DNA from: a virus | Lineage: Duplodnaviria > Caudoviricetes | DNA: 29,874 nucleotides | Virus record (IMG/VR): IMGVR_UViG_3300030433_001509 | Location: 1 to 29,874 of that record | Reading direction: 5' to 3' (one strand) | Shown: positions 23,299 through 29,874 of the stretch, in pieces | Layout of the letters: every line of letters starts with the position of its first letter | Numbering within the stretch: the first letter of the stretch is position 1 | The notes under the pieces: generated by a model | What the model saw: the letters and a program-made list of their open reading frames with translations, nothing else | What the model was told of the DNA's origin: nothing | The model's database searches: none | Position numbers and translations under genes: made by a program

Positions 23299-26200
23299 TA
23301 GGAAGCCTCGCGTGTGCCATATCCCACTGCAGTATAACTGAACCGCCGATTTATCAACTCGTCACCATCAAAGGTGCCTTTGAAGGTAATCGTAAAGCCT
23401 GTTGCAGTTGGCTCTGTCATTACAAAGTAATCCTCAGGTTCCATGTCTAACGCAGTAATGCCAACCGATACGCTGGTATCACTGTCAACGTAAAACGCTT
23501 TATCGAAGGTCACAGCTTTTGCGCCAAATCCAGAGTCAATTACTGCACTATTTTCTGTGCGCCGCTCAAGCTGGAAAGTGACGCCAAGCTCGTCAACAAT
23601 CGGCGTCTGATCATTTCGGTCAGATGTCAGCACAGCCTTGAACTGGAACGACCTGCCAACAAAGGAGTTGTTTTCAAGCGGTATCCAGTCCTCAAATACC
23701 AAGTCTGACTCTTGGCGCATGTCCGCAGAATCCTCGTAAAGGATCTTGTCGCCATCCTCGTTGACAAGCTCTCCCAAGGCTTCACCACTGTCTGACTTGC
23801 GGAAATAAACCTGAGCGTTTGTATCGTCAGGGATGTCGCCATCAAAGTCAGACCAAATGTCAATATTCTCTGTCCTATCGTCAATCAGATCGCTTAGGTA
23901 AAGACCGCGCTCTGACAAAACACGCTGCATCCTGACGCTATACTTTGCACCTAGATCAACAGTGTTAAAGAAGAAATATTCGCCGCGAAGAACTTGCGCT
24001 CCAATAAAATCAAAGCTCGGCAAAGCGTCAACATCTACCGTCAAATCAAAATCACCGTCGCCACTAAGCACTAAGCCGTCATACGTATCGTTGTAGTAAA
24101 CATTGCTCGACTGACCAGCGAACGCACCAAAATCTGCATCTTCACGGAAAATCTCGTAATTAAGCCTAGGGATAGGATCAGGAACATTGATAATCGCACT
24201 GATTGCATTTGCGCTGCGCTGTCCTTGCTCATTCTCAAACTTGATTAAATATTCGCCATTCAAAAGTGGCAGGACAACAGACGTAGTTCGTGCTTCAACC
24301 TTTCGCAGCAAGGTGCTGTTCTGCCAGCTACCAGTACCGTCAGTTTTTGATGAATGCTTGATCATCGCGACAAAGCTTTCAATCTTCTGACCGCTAGCTG
24401 TTGACGCCCAGCGCAAAATCACTTGATCAACGCCAAAAGCTTCAATCTCTACTTCTTCTGGATCAGGCGGCAAAGTCAAAACAGGCTTGCCGTCAACGTT
24501 GTCGCTAAAACCACCAACAGGAATTTCGCGACTGGTTTTAGCAAAATCTGACAGCGTAAAGTTTGGCGCAAGACCTACAGCTTGAACTTCGGCAAATAAA
24601 ATCTTGCCAGGCTGCATGTTGCTTTGAATTGTTATCGAATTGTCGTTCGTGCTGACATATTGATAGTTACCACCTTCGCCAATCTTGTAGCGAACTTTGA
24701 ACCCTGAGACAGGCGCGGTAGACCCTCTCTCCCACGCGAACGTAACCTGATTAGTCGTGTTACGACCGTCATCAATCTGCTGAAACAACAGCTGTAAATT
24801 GGCTGGCGATGCAGGCTTGCCAGTAATCGATGTCACTCCTTCAAATGACAGCGATGCATCGTCGCCATCGACAATGCTGTAAATCGTGTCAACGTGCCTG
24901 ACGCCAACAATCGTATAGAGTCCACCGTCTCCTTCTCCTACGGAAAGGCAGCGATATTTACGCAACACATTTGAATCATTCTTGATTGCATAAAGTGCAT
25001 CGTCAGGAGGCACTTGCGTAAAATCAGAACTAAGCGTGACACGGTTGTTGTTGACGCTGGCAATATCTCGCGTCTCAATAGTGCCGTCCTTCATAATCAC
25101 TGACAGCTTATTGTTTGAGCCAGAAGGCAGCGTTGCTGTTTGATCAAGATCAACAAAACCAGGACGCGCTCCAACAATTCGACCCGCTAAACGCGTGCCA
25201 ATCCGCATCTCGTCAGATACCTCAAAGACCTGGCCAGGCAAAACATTTAAGCCTTCAAGGCCAACAGAAAATGTAACAGTGTCGTCGTGCAGCTTCTCTG
25301 ACTGCATGATCCACTTGCCCATGCGTTGCGCTTGAAACTTCGACGTACAACCAAAGGCAACAACGCTTTTTTCTTGTACGCCAAACTTTTTGATTAGTGC
25401 CGTATCTTCAATACAAACAAAATTAGGCTTGTAGAAATCATCAGGATCGTTGTATCGAACACGAACACGCGTGTTACGTGTTTTCAACGAAGAGCCGCTG
25501 TATGAAAAGCTGCCATTAACAACGTTGGAGTTACTGAAGACATGAATAACGCCTGCCGAAACACCGCCATGATCGGCTGCAACTTGCACGTTGTCTGCTT
25601 TCCAGAGAAGCATCCCACGGAAAATGCTCGCCATGTCTTGGAGCACGTTGTACGCCTCTGCCTGCGTGCCAATGACTGTGTTGACAGCAAACCGTGGCTC
25701 TTGCGTGCCGTCTGAATTCGTGATCAACTCGTTGCAGTATTTAGACACTTCAATCAAATCAACCCAGTTCAGATTTGATTCATCAATAAAGTCACCGCAG
25801 CCATACCTGCTGTTTGTAAGCAGGTCATAAAAACAGCAGACAGGGCACGTCGTATAGAACTTGCCAGACTTCAAGCTGCCATCAAACGGTTTGTCATCGT
25901 TGAACTCAAGGCTTCCGTCTGCACGCGGCTCAGCGTTTGATGGGATGCTTACTTTCTTGCCTTTGATTTCATAAGACCTAGCAGGCAGCGTGTTGTACTC
26001 TTCAGCGTCAAGGCTTAGATGCACAAGCGCAGTGTGCGGATATGTTGCCTTGATTCGCGTGCCGACAATAATGCTGCTCCACTGCAAGTCATTAGCGCGT
26101 GAACTTGCAAGCGGCGTATCTTGCGGCAAGTCTTCTAAGTCAGTAAACCGAATCTCAAAACTTTTCTCTTTGTCCTTAAAATTAACCTTGCGAACGCGGA

Positions 26201-26840
26201 TTTTATAGGTTCCGCTTTTGTTGCCTTGCGCGTCCGCTAAGTTGATCGCTGGCGTCTTAAATTGAAACGGTGATGTTGAAATACCTTTGATAACGTTTTT
26301 GTCGGCAACTACATCTGACGCGTCAACACCTGGCATGTCTACAGACACAAATCTGCCGTCTCCTCTATCAATCGCGACCTCAAACTTGATGCGAGCAAAA
26401 AATAGCTGACCACGAGCCAGCCCCTCTACTGCACGGCAATACAACCGTGGAACAGTAAAAACAAGCTGCACAAAATCAGCATCTTGGTCTCTAAGCTCAC
26501 GCGTTACTTGGCCGGGACCATAATCTCTAGTGCCGTCAATAACTTTGTTGTTTGCATCTACTTGCTCTGTGTACGAGCTGCCGACAGACAAAGCAACAAC
26601 TTCAATATTTGTTTGCACGTCGCTCAATAATGAGCTTGATGCAAACGATGATTGACGGCTTACGCCATGCCGTTGATCAACGTAAACCGTTGGCGGTTGC
26701 CCGTTTTGCCCAACAAATTGAGCGCCAGTTACAAGCGTTTCATTTAGAAAAACACTTGTGCGCTGATGCACTAAACCCTCAATCGGCCCTTCGCAGATGG
26801 CATCAATCAGTTTGATGTTGGTTTTAGAATTAAGTGCCAT
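23298..26840 (-). CDS. Tail tip / host specificity protein, lambda J-like
   Basis: DAICEGPIEGL, YPHTAL, YDLLTNSRYG, EPRF and FGCTS..QAQR motifs; FN3-like segments; position after I. Confidence 0.92.
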   Translation of the reverse strand: MALNSKTNIKLIDAICEGPIEGLVHQRTSVFLNETLVTGAQFVGQNGQPPTVYVDQRHGVSRQSSFASSSLLSDVQTNIEVVALSVGSSYTEQVDANNKVIDGTRDYGPGQVTRELRDQDADFVQLVFTVPRLYCRAVEGLARGQLFFARIKFEVAIDRGDGRFVSVDMPGVDASDVVADKNVIKGISTSPFQFKTPAINLADAQGNKSGTYKIRVRKVNFKDKEKSFEIRFTDLEDLPQDTPLASSRANDLQWSSIIVGTRIKATYPHTALVHLSLDAEEYNTLPARSYEIKGKKVSIPSNAEPRADGSLEFNDDKPFDGSLKSGKFYTTCPVCCFYDLLTNSRYGCGDFIDESNLNWVDLIEVSKYCNELITNSDGTQEPRFAVNTVIGTQAEAYNVLQDMASIFRGMLLWKADNVQVAADHGGVSAGVIHVFSNSNVVNGSFSYSGSSLKTRNTRVRVRYNDPDDFYKPNFVCIEDTALIKKFGVQEKSVVAFGCTSKFQAQRMGKWIMQSEKLHDDTVTFSVGLEGLNVLPGQVFEVSDEMRIGTRLAGRIVGARPGFVDLDQTATLPSGSNNKLSVIMKDGTIETRDIASVNNNRVTLSSDFTQVPPDDALYAIKNDSNVLRKYRCLSVGEGDGGLYTIVGVRHVDTIYSIVDGDDASLSFEGVTSITGKPASPANLQLLFQQIDDGRNTTNQVTFAWERGSTAPVSGFKVRYKIGEGGNYQYVSTNDNSITIQSNMQPGKILFAEVQAVGLAPNFTLSDFAKTSREIPVGGFSDNVDGKPVLTLPPDPEEVEIEAFGVDQVILRWASTASGQKIESFVAMIKHSSKTDGTGSWQNSTLLRKVEARTTSVVLPLLNGEYLIKFENEQGQRSANAISAIINVPDPIPRLNYEIFREDADFGAFAGQSSNVYYNDTYDGLVLSGDGDFDLTVDVDALPSFDFIGAQVLRGEYFFFNTVDLGAKYSVRMQRVLSERGLYLSDLIDDRTENIDIWSDFDGDIPDDTNAQVYFRKSDSGEALGELVNEDGDKILYEDSADMRQESDLVFEDWIPLENNSFVGRSFQFKAVLTSDRNDQTPIVDELGVTFQLERRTENSAVIDSGFGAKAVTFDKAFYVDSDTSVSVGITALDMEPEDYFVMTEPTATGFTITFKGTFDGDELINRRFSYTAVGYGTREAS

Positions 26841-26845
26841 AGCGT

Positions 26846-28117
26846 CTAAAGAAGGTTGTACCCATAGCCGTTGACCGTAAGCGTAGCCTGATCGTGTACG
26901 GCTACATCAATGATCTCAACCTTAAGGTCTAAATCCTCGCCAGATTTCCCTTTGACTTTTGGCATCTCAAGTCGATGACCAACACGGAAAGGCTGTGTCT
27001 GATTCGTAAGACCTTGCAGGCTTACTTCTGCAGACGCAACAACCGTATCAGCCATTCCGGTTGTAATTTCTGCGGTAATTTTGTACCTGATATATCCGTC
27101 AATCTTTGTGGTGCCGCGCTTACCAGCGAAGTCGTGTAATCCGTTATTGACCTCAAGAATCACGTCTAGTTCTTTTCGCCGATCATCCTCTTTGTACTTA
27201 AGAGCACTTGTGGAGCTGTCTTGGTTTGTGCCATAGATAGCCCCCTCTTCTAGTGGAGCAGTGAACGTGTGATCAATAAGTACACGCTTGTTTCTGTTCG
27301 AGTCTGCCCCTTTAATGAGGCTTGCGCCTCTTTTGCTTTCTAAGCCGCCGCAATCTTGCAGCTCACTGGTCAGTTCATCGCCGTTGACTTTGATTGTTTT
27401 TCTGCTTGGCTCTTGCGTAGCGATTTTGAGCGGATCTGACTCATCGCTAATATCAAGGTTCACTGCAATCAAGTGACTGCCAGTAATCACGCGGCCATAA
27501 ACAACAGGCACAGTTGCACCAGTGCCAACTGTGTTTGCTGGGCCACTAAACGCATACGACTGAATCCCCGATGCGCCCTGAGTAATTCCGTCAGGACCAG
27601 GACCGCGAACATTAGTGCCCTCACCTCTAATCCTTGTCCCACCAAGATTGCCAATCTCCGGCTGCGGTGAAATCAAGCTTGCAGTTCCGGAAAGGATCAA
27701 GCCTGCACCAATCGCGCTGAGACTTGTGCCAACTGATGCTGAGACACCAGCAAACACACCAAGACCAGCACCCGCACCAAACAAGCCTGCGCCAGGCAGC
27801 AAGAACGATGCAGCAACTAAGCCAACACCAAACAAAATCTGCCCTGTACCTTCTCCACCTGCGCCAGAAATGACAGGCACAACAAACAATGGCTTGCTGC
27901 CAAATGGCAGCTGTAGCTCGTCATATCCCATCGCAGCACCACCTTGTACGACCTTGTATCCGACGCCGTTATGGTGCGCCTCAACCAGCTCCTGCTTCAG
28001 CCTTGGATAGTTAATGCACAGCAGCTTGATCGCATCTGCTGGCGTCTGCAGGTTGTAATACTCGTGATGCTTGCCGTATTTCTCGCCAAGCTCACCTGCC
28101 AATAAGACAAGTTGCAT
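26846..28117 (-). CDS. Tail assembly protein, lambda I-like, with C-terminal extension
   Basis: LAGELGEKYG, VPVISGAGG, Gly-rich hydrophobic stretch, SYAFSG..NT...VPVVYG; ATG 28117. Confidence 0.85.
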   Translation of the reverse strand: MQLVLLAGELGEKYGKHHEYYNLQTPADAIKLLCINYPRLKQELVEAHHNGVGYKVVQGGAAMGYDELQLPFGSKPLFVVPVISGAGGEGTGQILFGVGLVAASFLLPGAGLFGAGAGLGVFAGVSASVGTSLSAIGAGLILSGTASLISPQPEIGNLGGTRIRGEGTNVRGPGPDGITQGASGIQSYAFSGPANTVGTGATVPVVYGRVITGSHLIAVNLDISDESDPLKIATQEPSRKTIKVNGDELTSELQDCGGLESKRGASLIKGADSNRNKRVLIDHTFTAPLEEGAIYGTNQDSSTSALKYKEDDRRKELDVILEVNNGLHDFAGKRGTTKIDGYIRYKITAEITTGMADTVVASAEVSLQGLTNQTQPFRVGHRLEMPKVKGKSGEDLDLKVEIIDVAVHDQATLTVNGYGYNLL

Positions 28118-28481
28118 AACGGAAAACAGCTGCAGTCCTCCGCCAATAGTACCGCCGCAACGGTTCAACTGCACTGATGCCGTGCATTCGCTGGTGCAAA
28201 ATCTTGTCACCACCAACGTAAATTGCTGCGTGCATTGGCGTTTCCGTTCCAAGCTTCATGATCAAAACATCGTGCGGCTCACGATCTTCAAACGCAATTT
28301 CATCAAAACCAATAGGACGCGCATACTTGATAAACAAATTGTTTGCGCTTTCCAGGCATTCCGGCCTTGGAAAATCAGGAAGCTCGATATTCAACAGGCG
28401 GTAATAATCACGCAACAATGAAAAACAATCATGCTTGCCGTAGTCCCATTGACGGCCTACGAGGGTTTGATAGTTGACCAT
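28092..28481 (-). CDS. NlpC/P60 (C40) domain protein, C-terminal half of lambda K
   Basis: GRQWDYGKHDCFSLLRDYY and HAAIYVG..ILH motifs; ATG 28481. Confidence 0.85.
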   Translation of the reverse strand: MVNYQTLVGRQWDYGKHDCFSLLRDYYRLLNIELPDFPRPECLESANNLFIKYARPIGFDEIAFEDREPHDVLIMKLGTETPMHAAIYVGGDKILHQRMHGISAVEPLRRYYWRRTAAVFRYATCLIGR

Positions 28482-28768
28482 TGCTTGTCCGGCACAGAGT
28501 AAACGTACCAAAGCAGCTTGGTTTGTCTGCAAGCTTTACGATCATGGTCACTGACTGGCGTGCCCTGTGGATGCGAATGCACAACAGCTTCAATCGTGCC
28601 AGCAAGCATTGCACGAGCATAATCAACTGGATTGATCACAAAGTTAGCTTCTGGATCAGGTGCAATATTTCGACAAGGAAAATAACTGCCATTGACAACT
28701 AGACCTGCTGATTCTTTTGGATGTTCTTCCTCTGCGTGGCGAACTGCCTCACGCTTGAAGTCTTGCAC
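28457..28768 (-). CDS. JAB/MPN domain protein, N-terminal half of lambda K
   Basis: PKESAGLV..YFPCRN and VVHSHP...SDHD JAMM motif; GTG 28768. Confidence 0.85.
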   Translation of the reverse strand: MQDFKREAVRHAEEEHPKESAGLVVNGSYFPCRNIAPDPEANFVINPVDYARAMLAGTIEAVVHSHPQGTPVSDHDRKACRQTKLLWYVYSVPDKQWSTIKPS

Positions 28769-29828
28769 CGGCAAAACCTCCAAACGGCAAGTCAAGCTGC
28801 GTGCCAAATCTTAGACGGCAACTTGATAGACGCTTCCCGCAGGAATCAGCAGCTTCCCTCTCAGCCTGAGTGCCGCCTGTAATTTCCTGATCGGTAACTG
28901 TAAAGCACCTATCGCCTTGGTAGCCGCATTCAGTGCCTCTATACCTCCACGGGCAAAACTCTTCGATGGTGCGCCTTGGAATTGCCAAATTAGTCAGGTC
29001 AATTTTTGGCGCCAACTCGAACTCAACAAACTGCGGATTTTCACTGGCAACTCGATCGATATACCAAGTCTCAACAATTTTGGCGTCAGGATCAGCAGTG
29101 TCGTTGAAACTTTCCTCGATTAAAAGGTCACCGCCTTGAGTTAGCAAGGAGACGTCTACGTCTGATTCTTTCGCGAAACTAGGATTAGCATTAAAGTTTG
29201 TTGTATCAATAAACTTGGCAAACGTTCTGATTCGCCTTACTTTGGCAGCCAACACGTCATAGGTCAGCATCAAGCTTGTAATAGCGTTGTTGACGTTGGC
29301 TACACGTAAAGTCGGACGCGGCAACGTACCCTTTGCTGAAAACTCAAAGCCATCAACCTCAACAGGCACTGCTGGATATGTGACGCCGCCGAACTTGATG
29401 TCTTCTGTCAAGCCGTTTTTGCCTGCGTGGTAGCGCAGCGTATCGTTCACACCGTTGACGGCCTCTGTCAGCTCTACCTCAAACAAGTCAATAACAGCTG
29501 TCGGTTCAAGCCGTAATAGCTCTTCCGCTAACGGCTCAAACGCCTCCCACTTGACGCTCCCATCGACAAGCGTCTGCGTAATCTTGAACGGAAATGCTGG
29601 CTCGTTATGGGGGAAGGTTGCGTAATCACTGGCCGACCCTGACGTGCCAGCTTCTACGCACTTGAATGCAAGCGTATTGTTTTTGTACTTAGGGTCTGCC
29701 CCGTTTGCACAAATTGTGGTTGGCGTGCTGCCGTCTTCGCAGTATGCAGTTGGGTTGGCGCGTACAACATCGCCAACCGCATATTCTCTTTCAGCTGACC
29801 AAGCGTGCAGCGAATACGGATAAGCCAT
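28749..29828 (-). CDS. Minor tail protein, lambda L-like, with N-terminal extension
   Basis: GTLPRPTLRVAN, VRRIRTFAKFID, CPWRYRGTECGY...CGKRLSSC..RFG..LPFGGF. Confidence 0.92.
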   Translation of the reverse strand: MAYPYSLHAWSAEREYAVGDVVRANPTAYCEDGSTPTTICANGADPKYKNNTLAFKCVEAGTSGSASDYATFPHNEPAFPFKITQTLVDGSVKWEAFEPLAEELLRLEPTAVIDLFEVELTEAVNGVNDTLRYHAGKNGLTEDIKFGGVTYPAVPVEVDGFEFSAKGTLPRPTLRVANVNNAITSLMLTYDVLAAKVRRIRTFAKFIDTTNFNANPSFAKESDVDVSLLTQGGDLLIEESFNDTADPDAKIVETWYIDRVASENPQFVEFELAPKIDLTNLAIPRRTIEEFCPWRYRGTECGYQGDRCFTVTDQEITGGTQAEREAADSCGKRLSSCRLRFGTQLDLPFGGFAGARLQA

Positions 29829-29874
29829 TAGGTCTCAAATACCTGCTCAAATGTTGCTGTTACCGTAGCTCGAT
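29828..29874 (-). CDS. 3' end of a lambda M-like minor tail protein (...RATVTATFEQVFET)
   Basis: ATFEQV C-terminus; TAATG coupling to L. Confidence 0.7.
   Translation of the reverse strand, partial: RATVTATFEQVFET

Noticed and set aside
13208-29139. Numerous plus-strand ORFs opposite the tail genes (e.g. 18659..19201, 14745..15128, 27615..28010)
   Set aside because: Antisense shadows of biased codon usage, with no motifs or start signals.
1-29874. Prophage/integration signals, tRNA or rRNA genes, photosynthesis genes
   Set aside because: No integrase, att site, host genes, cloverleaf, psbA or hli recognised; lifestyle cannot be determined from this window.

Overview
The window is part of a tailed dsDNA phage genome, most likely a lambda-like siphovirus of marine Synechococcus/Prochlorococcus. 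Host and family are inferred from gene content; no search was run. Layout from left to right: (1) 1-1300, a leftward array of small early-type gene cassettes with sigma70-like promoters, a shared TGGYATRCCA box, covarying 5' GAGA hairpins and terminators; (2) 1300-7200, replication/recombination genes (AAA ATPase containing an origin-like repeat patch, PD-(D/E)XK nuclease, NrdR-like Zn ribbon, RusA, Sak-like annealase, probable SSB, several RHH-like proteins); (3) 7200-9350, dCTP deaminase and a probable lysis block; (4) 9350-13150, an exported/membrane protein module and a small outer-membrane beta-barrel; (5) 13200-23300, several tail fibres and tiny adaptor-like proteins with recurring terminal motifs, including a 1505-aa modular fibre; (6) 23300-29874, a lambda-like tail tip block (J, I, split K, L, end of M). 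No integrase, CRISPR array, tRNA, rRNA or reverse transcriptase was seen. The strongest novelty candidates are the cassette/leader/operator system, the putative peptide-docking network among fibre proteins, and the exported-protein module.
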